A stretch of 64,000 bases of DNA from a virus: IMG/VR virus record IMGVR_UViG_3300005095_000128, positions 1 through 64,000 of that record. One strand, written 5' to 3'. This document shows, piece by piece, positions 36,562 through 46,438 of this stretch (position 1 is the first letter of the stretch; the number at the start of each line of letters is the position of its first letter). The notes below the pieces were generated by a model that saw only the letters and a list, made by a program, of their open reading frames with translations, searched no databases and was not told the origin of the DNA. The position numbers and the translations under genes were made by a program.

Positions 36562-37060
36562 CTCCCCAGTATCCGTAAATCAGGCCGCGGACCACATCAT
36601 CGTCGAGCTCGCTAAGCATTCTGATGACGGTATCGAGGAACCTCGCTTGCGAGAGCTCCATCCCGGTGAGCTCGTGGTAGATGTCGGCAAAGCGCTTGTA
36701 CTGCTGCATGTAGAGCTCGTAGAGGCCCTCGTCAACCGTCGGCAAACGCTTACGACGACTTTGCGACTTGAGCAGGGCGCGAAGCGTTTGTGAGTCCTTC
36801 GATCGCATCAACTCGCGAGCGACCTTGTACCCGCGCTCGTCGGCAAGCCTCGCGCCGTAGTAGAGGCGATCGAGCGACAGGCTGGCTAGCTCGTCGTCGT
36901 CTAGGCGGTCGCGCCACGCCGACATCGCCACCCGCGCCTTGTGCACGAACGTCGGATGCACGCCGTACTCATCGGCAACGTCGATCGCGTTGCGCGGATC
37001 GTCAGCAACGGCCTTGATGAGCTCAAGCCTGGCTCGCTTGTAGTTGTCTACGGCCCCCAT
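36548..37060 (-). CDS. Hypothetical HTH-containing protein
   Basis: IDVADEYGVHPTFVHKAR is HTH-like. Confidence 0.5.
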   Translation of the reverse strand: MGAVDNYKRARLELIKAVADDPRNAIDVADEYGVHPTFVHKARVAMSAWRDRLDDDELASLSLDRLYYGARLADERGYKVARELMRSKDSQTLRALLKSQSRRKRLPTVDEGLYELYMQQYKRFADIYHELTGMELSQARFLDTVIRMLSELDDDVVRGLIYGYWGDVYS

Positions 37061-37440
37061 GCCACCTGCACCACGAGGATGTCGGTCGGTAGATCCGCAA
37101 GCTGGTCGCGGAAGCCCCACAAGCCATACACCTGCTTTTCGTCGTAGAGGACGCCGGCGTTGATGAGGCCATCCACAACCGCCTGCAACACGCGGGGAAA
37201 CGGAATCATCTCGTCCCCCGGGCGCGGCGCCTTGATCTCGTAGGTGATCGCGCGAACGTAAACAACGCGCACGGGGATCGGCTCGATGAGCGGGTAGATG
37301 CTACTCGCTCGTTCCCGCACGGCGTCCTTGAACTGGTCGTAGGAAAACCCCTTCTCGATGGGAACGATGAACGGCCCGAACGTGCGAGCTACCTGAAAGT
37401 AGTTCTCTAGATCTTGCTGACCGTCGATAAGAGATGCCAT
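37048..37440 (-). CDS. RusA-like Holliday junction resolvase (divergent)
   Basis: AVVDGLINAGVLYDEKQV resembles the RusA C-terminal motif; the first catalytic Asp motif is not evident. Confidence 0.45.
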   Translation of the reverse strand: MASLIDGQQDLENYFQVARTFGPFIVPIEKGFSYDQFKDAVRERASSIYPLIEPIPVRVVYVRAITYEIKAPRPGDEMIPFPRVLQAVVDGLINAGVLYDEKQVYGLWGFRDQLADLPTDILVVQVAWGP

Positions 37441-37736
37441 ACCTTCACCAGCGCCGCCACGTACTCCTTACCGTGATACCGCTCTGGCGACTTGAGGATG
37501 TTCTTGGTGCTTCGATCCAGCATGAGCCACACCCGCGCCACCTCGTTGCGCCCAATCAAACCAATCAGATCAGGGCGCGTTGGTGCGCGGTAGTCAGGAT
37601 CCAACCCAGGCGATGCATAGCGCTTGATGAGCACCCAAATATCCCGCGGGTACGACCCGCCGAGAAAGCGGGCCATCAAGCGAGCTACTTGAACTAGTTG
37701 CTCTGGGCTAACCTCCACGGAGTGTGAGTTGCTCAT
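37407..37736 (-). CDS. Hypothetical protein
   Basis: In-operon ORF overlapping both neighbours. Confidence 0.5.
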   Translation of the reverse strand: MSNSHSVEVSPEQLVQVARLMARFLGGSYPRDIWVLIKRYASPGLDPDYRAPTRPDLIGLIGRNEVARVWLMLDRSTKNILKSPERYHGKEYVAALVKVWHLLSTVSKI

Positions 37737-38103
37737 GCCAGGTATAGGTCCTCCCGCACGTTGGGCACGAGTGCACGAGCTCGCGGCACAGAATCTCGGG
37801 TTTGTCCTCGGCGAAAAACCAGAGTCGCGAGTGCTGGCGCACCCGCGACTTCCTCAACGAGTCTGTGCAGCACGGTCGTTCACCGACCGGGCGTTGCTCA
37901 AGTGAGTAGAAGTTCGCGCCGCACTTCGTGCACTGGAAACGGTATTGCGTCGCGATGATGTCCGGGTTCATCGTGTCCTTGCGCGTGCCAGACCGCGCCT
38001 GGCGGAGCTTGCCGCCACAGTACGGACACGAAGCCAATCTCGCTATGATTCTCGCATCATCGCGCATGATACTTTCGCATAAAGTGTCAGTCAATACCTC
38101 CAT
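37708..38103 (-). CDS. Zinc-ribbon protein
   Basis: CPYCG, CTKCG and CPTCG motifs. Confidence 0.6.
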   Translation of the reverse strand: MEVLTDTLCESIMRDDARIIARLASCPYCGGKLRQARSGTRKDTMNPDIIATQYRFQCTKCGANFYSLEQRPVGERPCCTDSLRKSRVRQHSRLWFFAEDKPEILCRELVHSCPTCGRTYTWHEQLTLRGG

Positions 38104-38125
38104 GCGTCATCCTCCGATAGTAGCG

Positions 38126-38905
38126 TCAACTAGAAACAGCGTCATCATCGAGTTTGAGCTTCGCCACAAGCCGCTCGCGCTCACCCTCCGTGAGATGATA
38201 TGCATCATCACGCAACTTTATGTCAAGCGCCTCAAGCTCTCTCCTGGTGAGATAAACACGGTCCAGCACCTCAGAATCGATGAGGTCAACGAGCTCGGCG
38301 AACCCACTACTGATACCCCGCACGAGCATCTTGGTCGCCTCGGCGAACTCACGGGTCTCAGGCTGGGCGTGCTCGCTAATGCGAAGCTGCCAGAAGTGCA
38401 TCAGCGCCCGCAAGTTCGCGGTGAAGTAGATTTGGGTCATCGTCGCTAACGGAAGTACGGCCCTTGCCACTTCACGCGGTACACCGAACTCGTCGACGAG
38501 CTCCTGGTAAGTGCCAACCGCAAAATCGATGGCCTCCCACAAACGATCGAGCGCGTAGACGCTTTCACCTACGCGCTCCTCACTCGGAAGCCAGTAATCA
38601 CCATCGAGGCGCTTGTACCTACCACTCAACTCGTTCCAGCTAAAGCCAATGCGGTGGCGCATCACCTGACGCGCTACGAAGATGGGAACCTCGGCCTCAA
38701 AGGTAAACACAACGTGCTCGAACGGCGTTCCGTGGTCGTTCTGCAATAGGAAGCGGATGAGGTTGAGGTCCTTCTCGCGCCCTTTGAGTCCCTTGCCAAA
38801 GCTCGTGCGTGCTGCCTCGGCAGGGACAAGCTCGTGCCCCATGTGGCGCACGAGCTTGACGTAGCCACGGCCATCGTAGAGTTTTACAGTACGCTCACGG
38901 TCCAT
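38126..38905 (-). CDS. thyX: FAD-dependent thymidylate synthase
   Basis: HGTPFEH, RQVMRHRIGFSWNELSGRY, REVARAVLP, NLRAL and HAQPETR motifs. Confidence 0.95.
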   Translation of the reverse strand: MDRERTVKLYDGRGYVKLVRHMGHELVPAEAARTSFGKGLKGREKDLNLIRFLLQNDHGTPFEHVVFTFEAEVPIFVARQVMRHRIGFSWNELSGRYKRLDGDYWLPSEERVGESVYALDRLWEAIDFAVGTYQELVDEFGVPREVARAVLPLATMTQIYFTANLRALMHFWQLRISEHAQPETREFAEATKMLVRGISSGFAELVDLIDSEVLDRVYLTRRELEALDIKLRDDAYHLTEGERERLVAKLKLDDDAVSS

Positions 38906-39168
38906 TTGGGTAGATCACCCCGCCAGGTGAACGGATGCTTCCAGAACTTCCGATAGCGTTCCCACTCGTCGCAGGTCACTTCCCAATCGTAGGGTGCCAA
39001 CGGATGTGGTGGTTGAACCGGATAAGGAACTGGAACAAAAACGGGGCCAACGCCATGCCCCCGCCTAAGCTCCTCAACCTCGCGCCGAAGCTCTTCTACT
39101 TCCCTTGATAAGCGCTCGATCTCACGTGCTAGCTCTCTGCCGATGTCCCTAGCCACGCAACTCACCAA
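38884..39168 (-). CDS. Hypothetical coiled-coil/Pro-rich protein
   Basis: REVEEL repeats and PVPYP. Confidence 0.5.
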   Translation of the reverse strand: MVSCVARDIGRELAREIERLSREVEELRREVEELRRGHGVGPVFVPVPYPVQPPHPLAPYDWEVTCDEWERYRKFWKHPFTWRGDLPKWTVSVL

Positions 39169-39200
39169 CCCTTCTTCGCAATGATAACACGATGCATCGA

Positions 39201-40547
39201 CTACGCAACCGCTCCTCGCGCAACGTGGAAGGCCATCCGCTCCGTACCCGGTCGCGGCTTGCTAGCAGAAACCTGGAAACCGAACAGGAACCTCCATCGT
39301 CGCTTCTTCGCTAGCCAGCCGTGCGGATAGAACAGGTTGGCAAGTTCGTCGAGGTAGTGCCTCATGTAGGACGGCATGCGCTCAAGATCGCGCTTCATTC
39401 GCTCGAGGAAGGTCAACCAAACCCATGCACCATACTGGGAGCCGTAGCGGTAGACCCAGCGCCAGTTCTCGATCCACGCAAGCAGCGTGGAGTGGGACAC
39501 GCCAACCGCCCTGGCCGCCGCCCGCACACTCGCACCAGCGTTGATGAGCATGAACGCGAACGCATGACGCGGCGACCACTCAGCCTTCGAGGCGCCAAAA
39601 ACGTTGTAGGCAACGTGAATCTTGGGCTCCTGGTGGGTGGTCGGTTTTTCGGGTGTAATCATGGAAGCATCCCCTTTGTTGTGAGGTTGCAAGCCATTAT
39701 TAATCTCCTTAAAGCCGAGGAAAGAAAGTGAGGCGTTCAATTCATGCCCGGCGTCATAGAACGGTATTTTGACCACCGGAGCAATTTGCTTAAAGCTCTC
39801 CTTACTAAGCGTTCCTAAGTAAGGAGAGCTTTCTTTCCTAACATCCACTTGACGTAAGGTGCTGTAGAATTCGACGAAGAAATCCTTAGCAATCCTATCA
39901 AGGTAGAGTAAGATACTAAGACCTCCAAGGTTACTAGTGATGCTAACGTAGCCGTACTCCTCGAGTCTTAGTAGATACTTTCTAAGTACATCGAGATTCA
40001 TAGGAGCTACGCGGAGCAATTCCGCACGCCGGACCATCAGCCTTGGTGTTCCAAATTTCTGTCGCTCGATTTTTTTCGCGGTGCTACGCAACGGACGCGG
40101 GCGGGCGAGCGCGGCGAGCAGCGAGTGCAGTACGCGTGATGCGTTCGTATCTGGCAGCTTCCACGCCGCCCATGCGCCACTCTCGAGGCCGCGCACCATG
40201 CCGCTGGCCACGTCGCGCACGGTCAGCGGCTTAGCAAACTCCTCGCTTTCGAGAAGAATCTCACGAGCCCCATCGTAGCCGTAGGCGTCGATGAGGTCGC
40301 GCACTGTGGCCTGCCCCACGGCGTCCATGTCGAGGACGCGTGGGTATGCTCGCTTGTAGATGGCCAAGCGCTTGGCTACGCCCTTTGCCTTCCTGTGCTG
40401 GCTCCTTGGGAAGACGATGAGCACTTCCTCGCCATCGCGCACCTCGCTCTCGCGCCAGGTGGCTCTCGTTCCTAGCGCGAGCTCGAGCATCTTGGCGTCG
40501 CCTGGCGAGTAAGCCAGCACAACCATATCGGCGTGAGTATACATCAC
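39201..40547 (-). CDS. Putative replication initiator (winged-helix plus C-terminal HTH)
   Basis: LRKYLLRLEEYGYV wHTH, ASVRAAARAVGVSHSTLLAW HTH, and an internal AT-rich palindromic DNA block. Confidence 0.5.
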   Translation of the reverse strand: MMYTHADMVVLAYSPGDAKMLELALGTRATWRESEVRDGEEVLIVFPRSQHRKAKGVAKRLAIYKRAYPRVLDMDAVGQATVRDLIDAYGYDGAREILLESEEFAKPLTVRDVASGMVRGLESGAWAAWKLPDTNASRVLHSLLAALARPRPLRSTAKKIERQKFGTPRLMVRRAELLRVAPMNLDVLRKYLLRLEEYGYVSITSNLGGLSILLYLDRIAKDFFVEFYSTLRQVDVRKESSPYLGTLSKESFKQIAPVVKIPFYDAGHELNASLSFLGFKEINNGLQPHNKGDASMITPEKPTTHQEPKIHVAYNVFGASKAEWSPRHAFAFMLINAGASVRAAARAVGVSHSTLLAWIENWRWVYRYGSQYGAWVWLTFLERMKRDLERMPSYMRHYLDELANLFYPHGWLAKKRRWRFLFGFQVSASKPRPGTERMAFHVARGAVA

Positions 40548-40623
40548 TCGTAAAAACTATGCAAGACCCATCATCGTTGACGCTGGGGTGGATGATATGC
40601 TAACCTTTGCCCAGGAGGTGTGT

Positions 40624-43547
40624 ATGCCTGACATCGAAAGAATGGCGAAGCGTATCGCGAGGGAGTGGAAAGATGATGAAATCTTCGAGCTCATCAAGCA
40701 TATTGACCTCATCGTTGGCGATTGCCAATTTACCAAAACGATGCACGACTACTTCGACCGGGCAGTGACCTACGATTGCTCTGAAGTGGAGGAGGGTTGA
40801 TGCGCAGACTCATCGACTTTTTCATGTTCGACCTCGTTGCGTGGATCAAAGCACGTAGCTATGGCGTTATCTCCGTGCACGAGGAGAAGCTCGGCAACTT
40901 CTCTATCAAGGTTTACAAGGTCAAGCGTGACGTCTTTTTCATCTCCGGGCGCCACGTGTTCGTCGGCCCGAGCTTTCAGCAGTTCTGGGAAGGCAAGCTC
41001 AAGGTCGTGGCCTTCGTGACAGCGTGCATCCTAACCAAGGCTCCGATTCGTGCCTGGCTTTGCAAGGAGTGCCAGCGTAGGGCGATCAAGCTTCTGAGCA
41101 ACATGTACCAGAAGTCAACCGACCCACCTTTTGTCGATGGCTCGTGGGTGAACATCTGCTTGCGGGAGGTGTCCAAGCGTGGTGCTGCTTCTTGATATTG
41201 CAACGGCTATTGCTCTTGGTGCCATCGCCATCCCGATCGTCAACGCCTTCTACTTCGCGTTTGCCGACTTTAGGGAAACCGGGCAGCGCGGGTTCATCTA
41301 CCCGATGCTGCTTAGTGCGTTCATCGCAATCGACATCATGCTGTGGTTAGCCGTGCACGAGCTCAAGATCGCGCTTGGCGGCTTCATGACTGGCATCGTC
41401 ATCGGCGCTTTTCAAATCGCGCTCGAGGAGGCATAGGCAGTGCGGTTTCTGGCTGGAGTATGCAAGCTACTTGATGCGATTGGCACGATCCTTGGTGGCA
41501 TCATCTACGGCATTATGTTTGGTATTGCGTTCGTGCTCGTCGTGATTGCCACCACGATAGACTACGTGCTCGATGCCATTCGCGAGTTCGTGAGTTGCAA
41601 GAAGGATAGCGGCTTCGATGAAGTGCATGGGGAGGCATGATGAGTCGGTGCGTGGCTAGAGTGACGGTGTTTATCAAGGGCTTTTCCATCTATGAAGAGA
41701 TAGTGCCAGTTGAGAAGCTTCCGCAAGACCTAGATGCCGCTTTCGATGTTGGCACGGCACTTCTTGCATCAACCGGAACGCTTCTCGAGGTCGAAATCGA
41801 GGAAGGCGTGCGGTTTGCGCACTCCAAGGAGCTAGAAGCGTACATCCTGCATAAATTCCTCGAGAAGTACGGGCGCGATCTATTACGCGTGCTCGAGCCA
41901 GAATGGATCAAGTTAGATTACGAGATCGTGAACATTGCCGCCGAGTACCGTGGTGAATGATTTGCGTGATGCGTTCTTGCATGCGGTCAAACGCTCGAGG
42001 TGCCTGGCGTGCGGGCGCGTAGGCGTTGACATGGCTCACGTGCCCTACTGGTCAACGAAGCTGGGCCGCTTCGTTCGCCCCTCGCACAAGGGTGTGGGGT
42101 GGTTTTTCGCCATTCCGCTATGCCGGCAATGCCACCTCGAGCAACACCGCCTCGGATACGAACGCTTTGCGGAGCGTAAGCTTGGTGGGCTGCTAGCTCA
42201 GTATCGCTGGATTGCGCATACCATTGCATCGCTACTTGACATGCATGCACCTAAGTGTGATACGGTTGACACATGCGGGAGGTGGATACGTGAGGCAATT
42301 GAGTCGGAAGCCGCCTGCGCCGGGGCAGGACGCAATTGAGCACTACCGCATGCTGCTCGAAAACGTCGGCATTACGTACTACACCAAGGAGATCGCGCGT
42401 TTGCACCGCGATGGAAAGGTGCCGGATGAGGCGATGCTTCTTGCGCTCAACATCGCGCTCGAGGCTGAGCAGAAGCTAATGACGATCTACCGCGACTACG
42501 ACGATGATCCGACTATGGAGAACCTGAAGGAGCTTATCGACTAGGGGGTTAGTATGGGAATCGCGCTATTGTTCGCCGTAATGGCCGCAACCTTCTTCCT
42601 CGTCGGAATGCCGGCGTGGGGGTGGTTCATCACAGCCATCGCCGCCGTGCTCGGTGCATTTGAGCTCTACCTGCACGTGAAGTACCGGCAAACGCTCTCC
42701 TCGCGTTTCTACCACACGTGGAAGACGCGGCCGAGAGCCATCATCATCGTCGGCATCGTATTCTTCATCGTGCTCGGCCTGCTCATCTACCACCTGCTTG
42801 GATACTGGGATGGTAGCCTTGATCTTACGCGGCCGATGAGGGGGATGGTGTGGGCAAGTTGCGCGTGCGCGTAAATCTTGAACGCGACGATGGGGTTGTA
42901 GCTCGTTTCGAGAAGGTCGTTGAGGCAGACGACAAGAGCGCATACGAGCTCTACGACTTCATCGTCGCACACGTGAACCAGTTAGAGCAACGTGAGCGAA
43001 TCACAAAGGCACCACCGGTTAGAGAGTCGACGTAAGAAGGCATGGGTATACCAGACCTCGCTCTCCCCGCTCGGGCAGTTGATCTTGATGCTCCTCAACC
43101 TGGGCGGGGGAGCGTTCCACATCAACGAGGTGATCCTCGCCATGTACCGGAACGGCTTTTCGAGGAGGGCGGTGATAGCGACGATAGACAAGCTTGGAGA
43201 CCTCGGGCTCATCAAGTCGGTTGGCGCCGGTCACTGTATCACGCTCACCGAGAAGGGGAGGTGGAACCTTGCTTCGGGCAATAGCGCTGGCGTGCACGAT
43301 GGCGAGGCTGGCTAAGCAGGTTGTGGCCGCGACGGCGTGCACCCACGTCGATCGCTGCACTTCGCCCGTAGAAGTATTCGAGCAGTGCGTCGACGGGGCG
43401 ATGTTTGCCCGCTTCGCCGTCGATGAGTTGAAGCGTCCGCGCATTACCGGCGTTGTGTGCTTCTTCGTCGGTTTGTTATCATGGTTGCGGCATGGCACGA
43501 AGCACATCGAATCCGTCGCGCAAAAGTTCATCGAATCCGCCGGATAG
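40624..43547 (+). other. Operon of small hypothetical/membrane genes (40624-40800, 40797-41195, 41179-41436, 41440-41640, 41637-41960, ~42290-42544, 42554-42874, 42850-43035, 42992-43315 wHTH, ~43299-43547)
   Basis: Tightly coupled plus-strand ORFs with SDs, downstream of extended -10 TGCTAACCT at ~40598-40606. Confidence 0.6.
41935..42339 (+). CDS. DUF968-like HNH/zinc protein
   Basis: CLACG...AHV...AIPLCRQCHLEQH. Likely start is GTG at 41953. Confidence 0.7.
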   Translation: MPPSTVVNDLRDAFLHAVKRSRCLACGRVGVDMAHVPYWSTKLGRFVRPSHKGVGWFFAIPLCRQCHLEQHRLGYERFAERKLGGLLAQYRWIAHTIASLLDMHAPKCDTVDTCGRWIREAIESEAACAGAGRN

Positions 43548-44241
43548 CTACTACTCCGTGCCAGAGCTTGCGGAGATCCTCGGAGTATCGCGCACAACGA
43601 TCTACCGGCGTATCGAGAAGCTACGCTTGCGACGTTTCCGCGACAAGAACGGGCACATCTACCTAACACCCAATAGCGCCGAGCGGCTCATGCAGTCCTT
43701 TCCTGGCGAGGTGACGCATGAGTGGATTCCAGGGTGGATCACAACGGGCGAAGCAGTAGAGCGCTACGGATTCACGAAGGCGACTTTCAAGTGGTGGATT
43801 ATCACCGGTAAGGTACGTGGCAAGCGCTACCGTCACCTGTGGATCATGGACCCGCGCTCGGTGGAGGAGTACATCGCTAAGCGCAACACGGCTCCGCAAG
43901 GATGGGTTCCGGTTCGCGAAGTAGCCAAGCGCACCGGACGCACCACGAAGTCGGTTATTCGCCTTGCGCGGGCAAACGGGTGGCCGTTACGCAAGTACCG
44001 CCACGACGGGTATCTTGTCTTCCACATTCGGAAGAGCGATGCACGGATTCTCGAATCCGTCGATGAGCTAGTTCCCGTCTCGAAGTATCTTCGCGAACGC
44101 TACGGGCTTAGCGATAGGGCGATCGAGCGCGTCGTAAAGCGGCTCGACGGGCGCATCGTTCGCCTTGCGTACCGCGAGCGGTTTGCCAAGCAAGAAGACA
44201 TCGAGGAGGCTTATCATGCGACTTTCGGTAAAGCTTCTTAA
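43492..44241 (+). CDS. Tandem excisionase/MerR-like HTH protein
   Basis: YYSVPELAEILGVSRTTIYR, WITTGEAVERYG, WVPVREVAKRTG, plus a fourth degenerate unit. Confidence 0.75.
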   Translation: MARSTSNPSRKSSSNPPDSYYSVPELAEILGVSRTTIYRRIEKLRLRRFRDKNGHIYLTPNSAERLMQSFPGEVTHEWIPGWITTGEAVERYGFTKATFKWWIITGKVRGKRYRHLWIMDPRSVEEYIAKRNTAPQGWVPVREVAKRTGRTTKSVIRLARANGWPLRKYRHDGYLVFHIRKSDARILESVDELVPVSKYLRERYGLSDRAIERVVKRLDGRIVRLAYRERFAKQEDIEEAYHATFGKAS

Positions 44242-44557
44242 CGAGGTGGCTGAGCGTCTCGAGCGCAAGAACCGCGCGTATGCCGGCGGCCAGCACAAAC
44301 ACATCAACTTCATTATTGGCAAGGACGTACTCAACTACGACGAGGCGTGGCAGGCGGCGCTGGCCTACGCGACAAAGCATATCGCGACCCTACTCACGTG
44401 GTTTAGAGAAGGCAAACTCCCGGAGGACAGCGAGAGGGTGGCCGAGGTGCTCGGCGACATCATCGCGTACATGGCACTCATCTACGAGATTCACGAGGAG
44501 GCAAAGCGTGCCGAGGAAGAAGGCGATCACTGGGTCTCGTCGACAACTTACCCGTGA
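44216..44557 (+). CDS. Nmad1/DUF1599-like (MazG-superfamily) nucleotide-modification-associated protein
   Basis: KNRAYA...NF...KH...LGDIIAY pattern. Confidence 0.55.
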   Translation: MRLSVKLLNEVAERLERKNRAYAGGQHKHINFIIGKDVLNYDEAWQAALAYATKHIATLLTWFREGKLPEDSERVAEVLGDIIAYMALIYEIHEEAKRAEEEGDHWVSSTTYP

Positions 44558-44878
44558 GCAACTTGCCGAGTTTGCACCAAAGCTCAAGGAGGCCAAGCGC
44601 ATCGCGAACAAGAACCCCGTGCTAGGGTACTTCAAGATTCGCGCGATCATCGAAGAGTTAGAGCGACGCTACGGCGTCAAAGATGGGCGTGAGTACCTGG
44701 CAGAGATCGAGGCCATCGGGAAGGAAGATGATACAGGGTAGGATCGTTTACCGCGTCGCAAGGGGCGGGCCGCTTGATGGCTTCCGGCTCGCCACGCTCG
44801 AGGACGACAGAGAAATCATCGTTAGGCTGGATGACGGCAAGTACGTTTACGAGGTGCACGAAAACGAGTTGAGATACG

Positions 44879-45337
44879 TTGGGGTGCTCTATGAAGATGG
44901 AGGAGAGGCCGAAGATCGTTGAGCTCACGAACGTGCTTTGGGAGCTCGCGAAGCTATCGGCCGAAGCCGTATGCGAGCAAAACGGCTCACGAGCCGGTGT
45001 GACGGCACACGCGGCCGAGTTCTGCTACCTAGTTGAGAGCCTACAATATGACAACATCGCAACGCTAAACACCTTCGGCGAGGTTGACGAAGAGGCTTAT
45101 AGCTCGGTTGTGTACGTTGCCGAGCGCTCGTCTACCATCGATGGGAACGACACGTTCGAGGTGCACGATGACTACCGCGTGGTTTATCACCAGCCGACCG
45201 GTAGGGTATTCGCCGTGCGCAATGACGTGACGGAAGGAACCTACGACCTTGGCGGCAACGTAGTGCTCGTCGTGCACGCTATGAACGACCTCGAGGCACT
45301 CTTTGCCAAGGAGCTCGATCAACCAAAAGCCTTTTAA
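44879..45337 (+). CDS. Hypothetical acidic protein (last gene of the plus operon)
   Basis: ORF followed by a terminator; preceded by small ORFs ending at 44741 and 44922. Confidence 0.55.
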   Translation: MGCSMKMEERPKIVELTNVLWELAKLSAEAVCEQNGSRAGVTAHAAEFCYLVESLQYDNIATLNTFGEVDEEAYSSVVYVAERSSTIDGNDTFEVHDDYRVVYHQPTGRVFAVRNDVTEGTYDLGGNVVLVVHAMNDLEALFAKELDQPKAF

Positions 45338-45342
45338 GCGAG

Positions 45343-45618
45343 CAAAGTAAACCGGCGCCGGTTGTTCCGGCGCCGGATGTTTTACCTAGAAGGGGCGCTT
45401 TGAACCGACCCGACCTGACCCGCCTAGTCTATCCGGTAAGGAGGCTCCTATGAGGAACGAACCTGGGAGGGTGCTCAGCTCTGGCACTTGCCGCGCCCAC
45501 GGCCTTGGAAAGGAGGTGCGATGATCCGGTTAAAACCCCCGCGCTGATGGACCCGAGGAGGTGATAGCCTTGCACCGCCCCTTCTAGGTTTTGGCCAGGA
45601 GGGCTTTCCTCCTTGGCT
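45343..45618 (-). ncRNA. Candidate ~270-nt sRNA with multiple anti-Shine-Dalgarno segments
   Basis: Own promoter and terminator; 14-bp closing stem (45384-45397/45576-45589); contains ATCACCTCCTC, CATCGCACCTCCTTT, CCCTCCC and CATAGGAGCCTCCTTA. Confidence 0.65.
45352..45376. terminator. Bidirectional intrinsic terminator
   Basis: CCGGCGCCGG-TTGTT-CCGGCGCCGG with T-rich tails on both strands. Confidence 0.8.
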
Positions 45619-45624
45619 ACCTAG

Positions 45625-45654
45625 ATCATACTAACCGCACGCGGCGTGTGTCAA
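45625..45654 (-). promoter_or_regulatory. Sigma70-type promoter
   Basis: TTGACA-18 nt-TATGAT. Confidence 0.75.
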
Positions 45655-46151
45655 CCCTTCTTCTTGCGCCGGCGCTTTGGCCTAGCGGACTCCCAGCGCT
45701 CCTCGTTGACGTTGGCCTTCTCGAAGTAGGTCTTGAGCACGTCGTCGCGCTCGATGCCGAACTCCTCACCAAGGCGTAGTAGGAGGTACGGAACACGCCT
45801 CGAAAAGCGCACGCTACCGGCCGCCGCAAGGATGTGCCTGATCGTATCCGGCATGTCCTTTGGTGTCACGTCTTCGTAGAGTAATTGCGTGCCGTCAGCA
45901 CGACCATCCTTTAACACGAGTGCAAGTGCGAAGTGCAGCACGTCGGCGAGTTCTTCGGTGGCACGCTCCTTGTCGGTGACGAAAGCGTCGCCGTGGCGCT
46001 TCCACCACGCCCACTTGCCTTTGACCGCGTTCAAAAACTCTCCGAGCTCGGCGACGAGCGCAACCACAAGCTCGCCACGGGTCGGCTTGTACTCGAGCTT
46101 GTCCTGTAGCTCGCGTTGTCGTTCTAGGGTATCGGCTAGGCTATACATCAT
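45651..46151 (-). CDS. dut: Dimeric (all-alpha) dUTPase
   Basis: ALVAELGEFLN, WAWWK, EELADVLHF and KANVNEER motifs. Confidence 0.88.
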   Translation of the reverse strand: MMYSLADTLERQRELQDKLEYKPTRGELVVALVAELGEFLNAVKGKWAWWKRHGDAFVTDKERATEELADVLHFALALVLKDGRADGTQLLYEDVTPKDMPDTIRHILAAAGSVRFSRRVPYLLLRLGEEFGIERDDVLKTYFEKANVNEERWESARPKRRRKKKG

Positions 46152-46438
46152 CCCTCCTCGATGGCCTTCTTCTGTTGCAACCGAGGTGCCGGGTTGAGCT
46201 TCACCATGCGCCGGCGCACGCGCATACCGCGAATGTCGCCGCCGAAGTTCACACTAAACAGCCGTTCGTGCGGAACGAACTTGCCGCACTTTGCAAACAT
46301 GACATGGTTGCCCTTCACGAGCACCTCGTCCTTGATGAGATCACAGTACGCACGCAAGACGGCTTCAACGTCTTGCTGGCGCACCCCGGTGCGCTTGGCG
46401 ATTTCGCGCTTAATGTCGAGCATCTTCCACGTCTTCAT
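46148..46438 (-). CDS. HU/IHF-like DNA-binding protein
   Basis: IAKRTGVRQQDVEAVL...GKF...R...VKLNP; start MKTWK with SD GGGGG. Confidence 0.8.
   Translation of the reverse strand: MKTWKMLDIKREIAKRTGVRQQDVEAVLRAYCDLIKDEVLVKGNHVMFAKCGKFVPHERLFSVNFGGDIRGMRVRRRMVKLNPAPRLQQKKAIEEG

Noticed and set aside
45540-45560. Hammerhead ribozyme core near CTGATGG
   Set aside because: Not CUGAUGA, and no matching GAAA/stem arrangement.
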